This document shows positions 38,399-49,409 of a stretch of 64,000 nucleotides of DNA, one piece after another. The translations under genes and the position numbers were made by a program. Within the stretch, counting starts at the first letter, position 1, and each line of letters begins with the position of its first letter. The stretch is from a virus (taxonomy: Duplodnaviria; Caudoviricetes): positions 27,324 through 91,323 of the IMG/VR virus record IMGVR_UViG_3300031994_000050, one strand, 5' to 3'. Below the pieces are notes generated by a model, which saw only the letters and a list, made by a program, of their open reading frames with translations, had not been told where the DNA came from and ran no database searches.

Positions 38399-38412
38399 TT
38401 AAGGAGAAATAA

Positions 38413-40712
38413 ATGAAAGAGATAATAGAAGAAAGAAATGTAAGAGAAACAAAAGCATTTATAGCATGTGACGGAACACCTTTCTATGTATATGGAGAAA
38501 AAACAGCAGAAAGAGTAAACGAAGTAAGAAAACAGTGCGAAGAATATGAAAGAACAGCTCAAGCAGTAATAGGAAAAAGAGCAATGAAAATCAAAATTGG
38601 AGATGCAACATCATATGATTTAACAAATGGAGAAGGCTCAGACGAATACGAAGTAGAAATCTTTAAGCCAACGACAGCGGAAAATATCAAAGATTTGCAA
38701 ATGTATCTTGAAAAAGCAACAGCATACGGAAAAATGGAAGTTGATGACACATTGATTAATAAGGAAGTAATGGTTTGGTGGAATTACGATAAAGATGGCT
38801 ATACAATATCAACACTAGAATCATACATGGGAACAATAAAAGAAGCATATTACAAGGCAATCGAAAGATATAAGGAGGAGAGCAGTGAACAGGGATAAAA
38901 TGAAGAAGTTGGCAATTAAAAGACTAAAGGAAATGAAATTGCTAGGAAGCGTAACAAGCCTATTCTCGAAAGAGGATAGGCTTTATTACTCAGAAAGAAT
39001 CAATAAACAGTACTCGGCAGTATTGAATATATTAGATGAAAATGAAGAGTTATACAAGAAAGTAAAAGAGTTTGAAGAGAGGACAGGACATTTAGTATAT
39101 CATTGTATTTTAACACAGACAACATTCGGAACAATTTTAGATATGTTGTTTATATCAAAGTACGAAGAAGATTGGGAATATGACTATGAAAAGATGGATG
39201 ATTTTTACAGAGTAATGTCAATGGCGACAAATCTATCAGATGAAATGCTATCAGATATGGGTTCAATTCTGGTAAGACCAAGCATGGGCGGATTAGAAAG
39301 GATTGGATAAAAGAGAAATGAGTAAAACAAAGTATTATTACTACGTATTGGTAATGACAAACTACGGAGCAGTATTTGTAACATCAATAAACAATGCGGA
39401 AAGAACAGCAAAATGGAATAAATTAGAAACACCACTAAACATGTCAAAGAAGGATGCAGAGTTCATGGCAAAAGCATTAACATGGAATGGAAATCTAGCC
39501 TATGCAGTAACAACAGAATATGAATTATCATATCAGCCATACCTATATCAAACAGGCGAATTTAAGTGGGTAAAAAAGGAGAATAAAGATGAAAATAACA
39601 AAAAGACAGACAACGATTGAGCTAGACGAAGAAGAGAAAAAAGTAATAGGAGAAGCAACAAAAATATTATTAAGAGTAATGTATGAAATAAATGATGATG
39701 AAACACTGTTCGGATATAATAATGCAGATTGGGATGAAATAACACATGGATTAGAAGAAGTATCAGAAAAAGGAGAGTTTGTCATAGAATAAAGGAGAAG
39801 AAAAATGAATGAAGAAATAATATTTGAAACAACGCTAAAAGAAATAAGCGAAGGAATGTCAAAAGCATATGAAAATTGGGCAAAAAGAGCAGGATATAAT
39901 GTAACAGATAAAACAGTTTTTGATTGTAGAATGGTTGAAGTATCAAAAGAAATTGATGAATATTTCTGGAAATATTACAGAGACCAAGCAAGAGAAAAGA
40001 ATAAAAATATAGAAGAAGAGGAAATCACAAGAACATTAGCAATGACAATGTTATGTTATGGAGCAAAAAGAAATGAGAATTTAAAGAGTTGGACGGTAAA
40101 GTTGTCAAAAGAATTTGCAAAAGAAAGTGAGGACTAAATGTTTGTAAGAACATCAAATGGATATCTAATAAATCTAGATAATGTAAAAACAATATATGCA
40201 AGCGTAAATAAAGAAAATATATGCAGTGTAAAAGCAAAGCAAATAGACAACACAGAAGTAGCATTATATAAAGATAAAGAAATGCAATATTGTTTAGAAT
40301 ATCTGAATAGTTTGGCAGATAAAATAGCAATGAAAGTAATTTAGAGGAAGGAAAAAGAAACAAAATGAATAAATTGTATTGTTTCAAGTTGGAGGAAAAT
40401 GGAGAAATAAAGAAAATAACAATAGAAAAATGGGTAGAAAGAAAACAAAGCGAATATACAAAAAGATATACAATAAGTTTTGACAACGAAAAATATCCAG
40501 TAAGCAAAACAGGTAGAAGATATTCGTTAAGTTCAGAGAAATTAGAGCGCTACGTATCAAAGAAATTATTCACAAGTAATGGCGATGAACTAGAAGCATA
40601 TAGAAAAATAAAAAAAGAAATAAAAGAAAGAGCAAATAAAGCAAAGAAAATATACGATGAAGCAATAGGAGAATATGTAAAAATAACGTGTCGAAAAGCA
40701 GAGGGGAAATAA
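38413..40712 (+). CDS. Run of hypothetical ORFs (38413-38898, 38885-39310, 39303-39620, 39589-39792, 39805-40137, 40138-40344, 40365-40712)
   Basis: Tightly packed ORFs with SD motifs; no confident family. Confidence 0.7.
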
Positions 40713-40935
40713 TAAATGAGAGAAATCACGATAAAAATTGAGGTAGACGATGAAACACTAACGTCAGATTTGGAACAAATCATAGAAGAAACTTTAAATG
40801 AAAATGGAGTAGAAGCAATATACGAAATCATAGAATAAAGGAGGAAAAGAGCGGAGAATTGAAGATGAGTTAAATAAAAAAGAATTGCCAGCTTTAATCC
40901 AAACATGTTATTATAAAATAAAAAAGGAGAAAATA

Positions 40936-41508
40936 ATGTGGAAGGATATAAAATCATTAAATTGCAAATATCAAGTAAGCAAAAGTGGAAAAGTAAGAAA
41001 CAAAAAAACAAGAAGAATATTAAAGCAACAAAAAAGCACGTTTGGATATCAAATATTAACAGTGCGACCAAATAAAAATGAACAAAAAAATATAAGAGTA
41101 CATCAAGTAGTAGCTGAAACATATATAGGGGAGAAACCAAAAGGATATGTAGTAAATCATAAAGATGGAAATAAACAAAATAATAACTACAAAAATTTAG
41201 AATATGTAACATCAAGAGAAAACAATATACATGCATTAAAAAAAGGATTAAGAAAACCTGCACATAATCATAGGTATGGAGAAGAATCACCAAGACATAC
41301 ACTAAAAGAAAGCGAAGCAATAAATATATTAAAACTACATTACGAAACAGGATACGGAGAAAGGAAATTAGCAAAAATATCAAAAAAACCAAGAGGGGCA
41401 ATAAGTGGCGTAATAAGCAAAAAACGCCCAAGATGGACAAAAATAGATAGAGAAAAAATAAAAGAAGAATTGAGAAAGGAAGGAAAATTAAATGGCAAGT
41501 TTAGTTGA
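40936..41508 (+). CDS. NUMOD4-HNH homing endonuclease
   Basis: MWKDI...YQVS..GKVRN (NUMOD4), VHQVVA..Y, VNHKDGNKQNN..NLEYVT..EN..HA. Confidence 0.9.
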   Translation: MWKDIKSLNCKYQVSKSGKVRNKKTRRILKQQKSTFGYQILTVRPNKNEQKNIRVHQVVAETYIGEKPKGYVVNHKDGNKQNNNYKNLEYVTSRENNIHALKKGLRKPAHNHRYGEESPRHTLKESEAINILKLHYETGYGERKLAKISKKPRGAISGVISKKRPRWTKIDREKIKEELRKEGKLNGKFS

Positions 41509-42430
41509 AGACATGTTCTACACAGGACGTAATGTACCATGGCATGGACTCGGAACACAGGTAGAAAGCGCACCATCAAGCGCAGATGCAATAAGACTAG
41601 GAGGATTAGACTGGAAAGTTGTTCAGAAAAAAATCTATACAGAGGATGGAATAAGAATCAATGGATATAGTGCGAATGTAAGGGATAAAGACGGCAAAAG
41701 CTTGGGAGTGGTAGGAAGCCGATACTCAATTGTGCAAAATGAGGATGCATTCAAGTTTACAGACGCAATGCTAGGAGAAGGAGTAAAGTACGAGACAGCA
41801 GGAAGTCTAAAGGACGGAAGAATAATCTGGTTGTTAGCAAAGTTGCCAAACAAATATGAAATATTAGGCGATGCAGTAGACCCATACATTGTATTTACAA
41901 ACACGCATGATGGTTCGGGAGCAGTAAGAGTAGCAATGACACCAATAAGGGTTGTGTGTAATAATACACTGAATTTTGCGTTAAAGACAGCAAAGAGAAC
42001 ATGGTCTGCTAGACACACAGGAAGTATTGGAACAAAATTAGATGACGCATTAGAGACATTAGCGTTCGCAGACGAATACATGAAAGCGACACAGAAGACA
42101 TTTGAGGATTTGCATAAAATCAAACTAAATGAGTTTGAAGTAAGGTCAATCATTAATAATATTGTACCTATAAATGACCTAGTAATGAAAAAGCAACAGA
42201 TTGAAAATCAAGAGACAATAAGAAATGATATTCTGTATAGATTTAAAGAAGCACCAGACTTGAAAGGAACAGAATCAACAGGAGCAAGATTAATACAAGC
42301 AGTAGCAGATACAGTAAGTCATATTGAACCATTTAGAAGAACAGCAAACTACGAAGAGAACAGATTGAAGAAAGCAATAGAAGGAAATACATTATTAGAT
42401 AAGGCGATGCAAATATTAAATGTTTCATAA
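41492..42430 (+). CDS. DUF932 (TIGR03299-like) phage/plasmid protein
   Basis: VPWHGLG, LGVVG.RY.IVQN..AF, YETAGSL..GR, NTHDGSG...TPIRVVCNNTL. Confidence 0.9.
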   Translation: MASLVEDMFYTGRNVPWHGLGTQVESAPSSADAIRLGGLDWKVVQKKIYTEDGIRINGYSANVRDKDGKSLGVVGSRYSIVQNEDAFKFTDAMLGEGVKYETAGSLKDGRIIWLLAKLPNKYEILGDAVDPYIVFTNTHDGSGAVRVAMTPIRVVCNNTLNFALKTAKRTWSARHTGSIGTKLDDALETLAFADEYMKATQKTFEDLHKIKLNEFEVRSIINNIVPINDLVMKKQQIENQETIRNDILYRFKEAPDLKGTESTGARLIQAVADTVSHIEPFRRTANYEENRLKKAIEGNTLLDKAMQILNVS

Positions 42431-42448
42431 AAGGAGAGCAAAGCAGAA

Positions 42449-42784
42449 ATGACAAACGAAGAAGTAATAGAAGTTCTCGAAAAAGAAGAAAGTTATATGT
42501 TATCACACGGCGGCGACAGACAAGCAAAAGCGTTAAGAATAGCAATTAATAAAATAGAACAAGAGTATGAATGGATTCCTGTTACTGAGAAGTTACCCGA
42601 AGAGAAAACAGCAGTATTACTTAGTTGTGATGATATGTATTTAGCTAAATTAAATCCTTGTATTGGGTGGATAAGTGGAAATAACTGGTACACCTTTTCA
42701 GCCAGAGGTAGTTACTTAGTTAAATATCCGATTGCATGGATGCCATTACCCGAACCATATAAGGCAGAAAGTGAGAAAACATGA
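42449..42784 (+). CDS. DUF551 protein
   Basis: WIPVTEKLPE...IAWMPLPEPY. Confidence 0.85.
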   Translation: MTNEEVIEVLEKEESYMLSHGGDRQAKALRIAINKIEQEYEWIPVTEKLPEEKTAVLLSCDDMYLAKLNPCIGWISGNNWYTFSARGSYLVKYPIAWMPLPEPYKAESEKT

Positions 42785-45722
42785 GCCTACATATTACAAA
42801 TAAGGAAGTACAAAAACAAATTAAACAGCTTGGATATAAAGGGTGTAGAAACTGCAAACATCAAATAGCACCATTAAGAAGGTGTAAATGGGCAGAACAA
42901 AGAGGTGATGGACACATACATTGGATTTGTCCTATGTGGGATAAATCAAAAAGCGAGGGATAAATAATGGCAGATATAGAGATAGTAATTAAGATACCAG
43001 AAAAAGACTATTTAACATTTTCTAAATTATCTGAAAAAGAAAAAATAAATGAGCTAACATATTATGAAAAAATGATAGCTTATGGCACACCTCTTCCTAA
43101 AGGGCATGGAAGAATAGGCGATTTAACAAAGCTATACAATAAAATTGACAAACGGAATAGAGAAAATGGCAAAGGCAAATATACGGGAATACTTGTACTT
43201 GTAGACAATGCAGAAACAATCATAGAAGCAGATAAAGGAGAATGAGCAATGAATTTAGTTAAAATAGACGGTATATATTTCAATATAGACAGAGTGGATG
43301 GGATATCATTCGCAAGTAAAACAGGAGAAACACATATATTTGTTGGCGGTTCAGAACATCCTTTTGTCGTTAAAAGGAATATTGATGAAGTAGCGGAAAG
43401 AATGGAAATAGCACACAAAAGGTCTTTAAAAGAACAAAAATAAAAGGAGAAAAGAAGTGATTAAAAGAATAAGGTATGTTATTGTACGTACAGAAGATGA
43501 AGCCGTATTTTGTGGGCTTGCTAAAAATTATCAGTTTAAGACATTAGACGAGCTTGGAGACACAGAAATTAAAACATATATGTCCGAAGCCAAAGCAAAA
43601 GCAAGTTTCCTTAACAGTTGGTGGAATAGCAAGAAAGAAGATTTTGAGAATGGAACATACAAAGTAGTTAAAGCGTTTCAGATTTTAGAAGAAGCTAAAA
43701 AAGAAAGCGAGGATGAATAAGATGATTATTATGAAAATAATAGCGGGAATTGTTGGGTACATAATAATTTCAGTTATCATAACAATACTTTTCGCTTACA
43801 CAGAAAGAAAAGCAGGAGCAACCGCACAGGAAGTTTATGAAGGGGATAAATTTAATGAATATTGCATGGTGGGCTTTTTATTCCCGATTGTACTTCCATG
43901 TTTGGTATTTGCGGGAATATGTAAATTAATAACAATTGTTGAGGAGAAAATAGTAAAAATAATAAAAAAAATGTGTATAACAATTGTTGAGCTAAAGATT
44001 GCAACAGAGGAAAAGGATGAGGAAGAAGATAAAACAAAAGTAGAGCCAATTATAGAAGCAGATAAAGAAAGGAGAATAAAAAAATGAACAATCTTGAAAA
44101 GGCAAAAGAAATAGTAAAAAAATATTATAAAGATGCCGATTGTGGTATTTTCAACAGCAGAAATGTTCTTGGGGATGGAATGATAACAATATATAAAGAT
44201 GAAAGCTTAACCATTGATATTTGTTATAACTATGCATACTTCGAGGTATTCGGATTAAATTATGAAGAGTTTAGAGAACTTGAAAAGTATTACGACTCTT
44301 TAGAAGAAAACGAGGAGGAATAAATGGAAAAGAAAGAACTAAAAGCAACAACACAAAAAAGTTATTACGGGAAAGCAATAGTAATAGAAGATAAGTTCGG
44401 AAATAAAAGACTGAAAAGCTATAAAACAATAGTAGCAGAAATCACAAAAAAGGGAAAATTCAAAAGGCTATGGGAAGGTTATAGTCAAACAACAATGAAT
44501 CATATAAATGAATTTAGAAAAGAAAATGGGCTAGAAAAAATCAATGCAAAAGAATGGAAGAACATGCAAGTAGAAAAAGGGGGTGAGAAAAGAAAAAGAT
44601 GGGTATATGTCCTAAGAGATACAAAAAAGAAAACAAATGAAATATTTGAAATGGAACAAAAAAGAAACGCTCTAACAAGAGCATTAAGAAAAGAAAAATT
44701 TGGGAACTTTCTAGCATTAAAAAGCTTTATAGAAATAGCACACAAAGGAGCGAAAATATACTTAAGTGACAACGCAGTATTATCAATAGAACAAATTTAA
44801 GAGGTGAACAATGAATATAATAACATTACAAGCATTAACAAAAATGTGCTTAAAAGAAATGGATAAAGGGAACGGGAACAAGGTAGTAATGATAAGAAAC
44901 AATACAAAGTTTGGAAATTTCACACCAATATTAGCAGAATTTGAAGATAACAAAGACGAAATAAACAAAAATATAAAAACAAGCAGTCCAGAAAACTTTA
45001 TATTACTAGGGTGAAAAATGAGCGAGAAAGAATTTGAAAGATTCATAAAAAGATATAAAGAAACAAGAATAGCAAATAGAATAATGAATATAACGATAAA
45101 CGTAATGATAATACTGTTAATCATAGTAAATATAGAAATATTAATATTAATAAACATGAGGTGAGAATGAGGTTTATAGCGACAAAAGAGGCGATAAATA
45201 AATTAAATGCATACAAAATGACAGAAATGGAAGTAGCACAAGAGCATAAGGCGCTATGGAGTATAGAGCATGAAGGAGGGAATATTGGGCAAGCAATAAT
45301 AAATTTCAAGAACAAAGATTTAATAATAGCACCAGTAGGCAAAAGAACAGCATTGATATACAAATACAAGCAAGAAATAAAGGGTGATTATAGAGCGTTG
45401 CCAGAAATAGAATATAACGGGAAAGAATGGAAAACAAAATAATAGACAAAGCGAATATATATTCGTATAATAAAAGAGAAGCAAAATGAAAAAAGATGAA
45501 TGGATTTTAAGCAAAGAGCTAGGAAGAATAAGAAAATATGGAATACATTTTCAAGCGCAAAGAGCGAATGAAACGCAAGCAGGAAATCAAGCGGAATTAA
45601 GATATGACATAGTAACAGAAAAGACAAGAGAAGTAATAGTGCCATACTGTACAATAGAAGAAATAATGTCAGTAACACTAGCACTAGAAAAAGTAATGGA
45701 AAGATTGAAAGGTAGTGGATAG
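42781..45722 (+). CDS. Run of small hypothetical ORFs (42781-42963, 42967-43245, 43249-43443, 43457-43720, 43713-44087 membrane, 44084-44323, 44324-44800, 44811-45014, 45161-45442, 45486-45722)
   Basis: Head-to-tail packing and SD motifs. Confidence 0.65.
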
Positions 45723-46395
45723 ATTGAAGAAAAGACATGAAATATGGATTGCAATAGCAATAGTTCTCATGATGATTAACGTCATATTTGTAATAATCTC
45801 ATTACCAATATTATTAGTCGTATTTATAGATTATAGTTTATGCAAAAGTAAAAAGGAAATAAAAGAAGAAGAAATAATACCAGAAGAAACAAAAAACCCA
45901 GAAATCATAAGAGCAGTATATGAAGACATAGAAGAAAGAAAACAAAAAGAAAGAGAATATGAAAAAAGTATAGATGTAAGACAATTTGAAGGAAGAGATG
46001 ATGTAAAAAAAGAAGAGGTAGAAGAATATATATGGCATCATCAAATAGGAGCAGGAAGAAAAGAAATAGAATTAATAATAAAAAAAATAATAAAAGTATG
46101 TAATATAACGGAAGAAGAAGGAAAGGAAATAATAGCAGAGCATTACTTAAAAGGAAGAGGAGACTGGGAGAACAACGAAGAAAAGAAGATAGAAAGAGAA
46201 TATATAAGAAAAAGAATACGTGAAAAAGAAAAAGATTACAAAAAAGTAGATGAAATAATAAAAAAAGTAGAAAGCAAAATAGGAGAAAGCGAAAAAATAA
46301 CAAAAGAAATAAGGGATAAGAAAAAAGAAAATGCAACATATGAATACATATTTCATTATGAAGAATGGTTAAAGAAGAGGAAAAAGAATGAATGA
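45715..46395 (+). CDS. Membrane-anchored charged protein upstream of FtsK
   Basis: Long N-terminal hydrophobic segment, K/E-rich remainder; overlaps the FtsK start. Confidence 0.65.
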   Translation: MDRLKKRHEIWIAIAIVLMMINVIFVIISLPILLVVFIDYSLCKSKKEIKEEEIIPEETKNPEIIRAVYEDIEERKQKEREYEKSIDVRQFEGRDDVKKEEVEEYIWHHQIGAGRKEIELIIKKIIKVCNITEEEGKEIIAEHYLKGRGDWENNEEKKIEREYIRKRIREKEKDYKKVDEIIKKVESKIGESEKITKEIRDKKKENATYEYIFHYEEWLKKRKKNE

Positions 46396-47704
46396 AAAAG
46401 GATTAATGAAATTTTCCGTAGGAATGTTCGCACTAGGACAAGTATTAAAGAAAAAGAACAACAAAGGAAAAGAGCTTTTCAAAAAGAATAACTATTATAA
46501 TCCGTTCAGATTACCACAAATGAATCATCCAGTATTCGGGAAATTATTTACAACCACAACAAAAGGAGCAGAAAGAAATGAAAAAGCAAAAGAAACAGCA
46601 GAGAAAATATGCGATGAGATATATAGATTGGAAAACATAGAAATGATACCGCTTTACTATAAAGAAGGCGCAAGCACAATAAAAATAAAAGTAAAGCCAA
46701 TAACAAATATAAAAAAAAGCTTCAATATACAACGACAAATAAAATACATAGTAGGGAATGAGGAAGCAAGAATATATCCAGAAGGAGATAGAATAACAAT
46801 AGAGATACCAAACAAAGGCAATGCAGTAAGGTTTGGGAATCTAATAAATGACGTAAAATACAAAATAAATCAAAGCAAGACATACGTGCCAATAGGAGAG
46901 AATATAGAAGGAGAAACTGTATTTGGAGACATAAAAGAAATGCCACATATGCTAGTGGCAGGAGCGACAGGAAGCGGTAAATCAGTGTTCATAAACGGAA
47001 TAATTGCATCGTTATTAATAAAAAACACGCCATATGATATGAAAATGATATTGATTGACCCGAAGATGGTAGAGTTTAGAATGTATGCAGAACTTGACTA
47101 TGTAAAATACGTAACAGAGATAAAAGAAGCGATAGAAGTATTGAATAGTCTATGTATAGAAATGGATAAGCGATATGACTTAATGGCATCAAAAGGATGC
47201 AGAAATATAGAAACATACAATGAGAAATACAAAAATGTAAGATTGCCGAAAATATTACTGGTAGTAGACGAAATGGCAGATATGATAATAAATAAAGCAC
47301 ACGGAAAGGAAGTAGAACGAAACATAATAAGATTGGCACAGAAAGCAAGAGCATGTGGAATACACATGGTATTAGCGACACAAAGACCATCAAGAGAAGT
47401 TGTAACAGGTCTAATAAAAGCAAATATCCCATGTAGAGCATGTCTGGCAGTGACTTCAAGGACAGAAAGTATGATTATGTTAGACCAGACAGGAGCAGAA
47501 AAATTGCAAGGACATGGCGATATGCTATTCTTAGACGGAATAAATAACAGAGAACCAAAAAGATTACAGGCAGGTTTAATAACAGACAATGAGATAAAAA
47601 ACCTAGTAATATCACTAGCTTTAGACAACCAACCAGAATATGCAAATAAATTCAATTGGAATAATAAAGCAGAAGAGATAAGAAAGTATTACGGGAGAGC
47701 GTGA
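46388..47704 (+). CDS. FtsK/SpoIIIE-family ATPase
   Basis: MPHMLVAGATGSGKS, LIDPKMVE, EMDKRY, VVDEMADM, RLAQKARACGIHMVLATQRPS, GAEKLQGHGDML; no C-terminal gamma domain visible. Confidence 0.93.
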   Translation: MNEKGLMKFSVGMFALGQVLKKKNNKGKELFKKNNYYNPFRLPQMNHPVFGKLFTTTTKGAERNEKAKETAEKICDEIYRLENIEMIPLYYKEGASTIKIKVKPITNIKKSFNIQRQIKYIVGNEEARIYPEGDRITIEIPNKGNAVRFGNLINDVKYKINQSKTYVPIGENIEGETVFGDIKEMPHMLVAGATGSGKSVFINGIIASLLIKNTPYDMKMILIDPKMVEFRMYAELDYVKYVTEIKEAIEVLNSLCIEMDKRYDLMASKGCRNIETYNEKYKNVRLPKILLVVDEMADMIINKAHGKEVERNIIRLAQKARACGIHMVLATQRPSREVVTGLIKANIPCRACLAVTSRTESMIMLDQTGAEKLQGHGDMLFLDGINNREPKRLQAGLITDNEIKNLVISLALDNQPEYANKFNWNNKAEEIRKYYGRA

Positions 47705-48297
47705 ATGGAATGAATAAAAAAACATCATGCATAACAGAAGAACAATTTAATAAGATAATAAATATCATATACAATGGAACAAATAATGGCAAAATAAAAC
47801 CATCAAAAGAAATAGCACTAATATTAACAATAACAGGAAATTGTGCGCTAAGAATAGGAGATTGCACAAAACTAAAATTAAAATCATTCATAAAAGAAGG
47901 AGGCGAATATAAATATAACATAATAGAAGAAAAGACAGGGAAATCAAGAACATGTATCATTCCAAAAGAAATATATGGGATGATTAAAGAATATGCAGAG
48001 AAAGAAGGGAAAGGCGAAGAAGAAAATATATTTAGTATAACAGTAAGAGCAATACAATACAAATTAGCAAGCGTAGCAAAATATTTAGGAGAGGATTATG
48101 TAAATATAAGCACGCATTCATTCAGAAAATGCGCAGGAATGAGAATGTACAGACTAAGCGGAAATGATATAGAATTAACAAGAAAATTTCTGAATCATTC
48201 ATCAGTAAGCACAACGCAAAGATATCTTGGCGTAAACAATGATGATATAAACAGAATATTAAAATCAAACTACAAGATACCATTCAAGGAGGGATAA
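47701..48297 (+). CDS. Tyrosine recombinase (catalytic domain only)
   Basis: LRIGD, EEKTGK, STHSFRK, LNHSS..TTQRY give the R-K-H-R-H-Y set; GTGA overlap with FtsK. Confidence 0.9.
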   Translation: MNGMNKKTSCITEEQFNKIINIIYNGTNNGKIKPSKEIALILTITGNCALRIGDCTKLKLKSFIKEGGEYKYNIIEEKTGKSRTCIIPKEIYGMIKEYAEKEGKGEEENIFSITVRAIQYKLASVAKYLGEDYVNISTHSFRKCAGMRMYRLSGNDIELTRKFLNHSSVSTTQRYLGVNNDDINRILKSNYKIPFKEG

Positions 48298-48452
48298 TGA
48301 GCTATACGGTCAATATAAAAAATAAATACCATAATTTCATAGAAAAGATAAATGAATTTGAAACGTACAAAGAAGCAGAGAATTATATTAAAGAATCACA
48401 CGTAGACATTGATAATTCATGCGAAGAATTTGAAATAATAGAGGTAGAATAA

Positions 48453-48782
48453 ATGAGAAAATATTTAGGAATAATAACAATATTAATAATGATGATTGCA
48501 ATGAGCATTAAAGTAAAAGCCTCATACGAAGAAGAATGGCTTGCAAAAAAGAAAGCACAACAGGAAAAATATATGAAAGAATTGGAGGCAGACGGAAACC
48601 TAACAGAAGAAGCGTACAAATCAATAACAAAAAAGGATGCAAAGAATAAGAAAAGAAATGGAAAGAATATTCAGCAAGAAAATAAAGGCTTAGTATATGG
48701 CGTAGATGAATTGCACATAACAGGATTGCCAACAGACGAAAGAGGATATACGCAAGCAGGAAATTACGGGGAAATAGACTAA
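48453..48782 (+). CDS. Hypothetical protein with signal peptide
   Basis: MRKYLGIITILIMMIAMSIKVKA signal-like N-terminus. Confidence 0.6.
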   Translation: MRKYLGIITILIMMIAMSIKVKASYEEEWLAKKKAQQEKYMKELEADGNLTEEAYKSITKKDAKNKKRNGKNIQQENKGLVYGVDELHITGLPTDERGYTQAGNYGEID

Positions 48783-48812
48783 AAATCAAGGCAAATAGGA
48801 TAGGGAGAAAAG

Positions 48813-49079
48813 ATGATAGATTGGCTATACAAAAACAAAAGAAATGAAAACAAATTCATCGAAGTAAGAAGATATGACGATGGGCATTATGTTTGGAAGC
48901 AATCAATAAGACATAAAGCAAAAATAGAAAAGAAATCAAACATAGAAATCGACATATTGAATTATACAGGATGCTCATTAAAAAGATGCAAAAAAGGAGT
49001 ATGGAAAAGACAAAGAAAGGGCGTGATTGATGAAGTATTAAATGATTACAATATCGTAAAAAGCAAAATAGAGGCTTAA
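48813..49079 (+). CDS. Hypothetical protein, last gene of the rightward arm
   Basis: SD GGGAG; ends in the terminator. Confidence 0.65.
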   Translation: MIDWLYKNKRNENKFIEVRRYDDGHYVWKQSIRHKAKIEKKSNIEIDILNYTGCSLKRCKKGVWKRQRKGVIDEVLNDYNIVKSKIEA

Positions 49080-49098
49080 TTTCAGCCTCTATTTTTTT
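49065..49098. terminator. Bidirectional terminator between the convergent arms
   Basis: AAAATAGAGGCT-TAATTTC-AGCCTCTATTTTTTT. Confidence 0.85.
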
Positions 49099-49126
49099 AG
49101 CATTGCGCACCAAGGGGTTACTATAA

Positions 49127-49405
49127 TTACTTTTTGAAGTCAAGTGTCTTAGCCTCGACTATGCTCTTAAAAATTTGTCCAAAATCGGAATGCCCTACGA
49201 TTTCATAATCAGTAGTGGTTGCTCTAAAACAAAGAACATTGCCATACTCTGTCATAGCAAGTAAAACTTGTTCGTCAGAAGCAAAACCGTAAAACGGCGC
49301 GAAGGCACAACCCAGAGCATAGCCAAAGATAATTCCAGTCTTGTCTGGCATAAACTTATATCGAACAATATCACCTATTTTATAATCAAAGTCACTTTTC
49401 TCCAT
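49127..49405 (-). CDS. Hypothetical protein
   Basis: Start moved to ATG 49405 (SD GAGGT), directly after the tail fibre stop. Confidence 0.6.
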   Translation of the reverse strand: MEKSDFDYKIGDIVRYKFMPDKTGIIFGYALGCAFAPFYGFASDEQVLLAMTEYGNVLCFRATTTDYEIVGHSDFGQIFKSIVEAKTLDFKK

Positions 49406-49409
49406 GTTG

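Noticed and set aside
32041-44070. Integron with attC sites
   Set aside because: The junction motifs are short, non-palindromic and lack R/L boxes, and the recombinase shows no IntI-specific insertion.
27649-49079. An independent ICE or satellite inserted in the phage
   Set aside because: No relaxase, VirB4 or flanking att direct repeats were found, and many genes (DUF551, NUMOD4-HNH, pentapeptide protein) are typical phage early genes. This is not fully excluded.
28599-49143. Dozens of minus-strand ORFs rich in F/L/S/I (for example 40550-41440)
   Set aside because: They are shadows of the A-rich + strand genes. An A-poor minus strand has few stop codons, and these ORFs have no SD or motifs.
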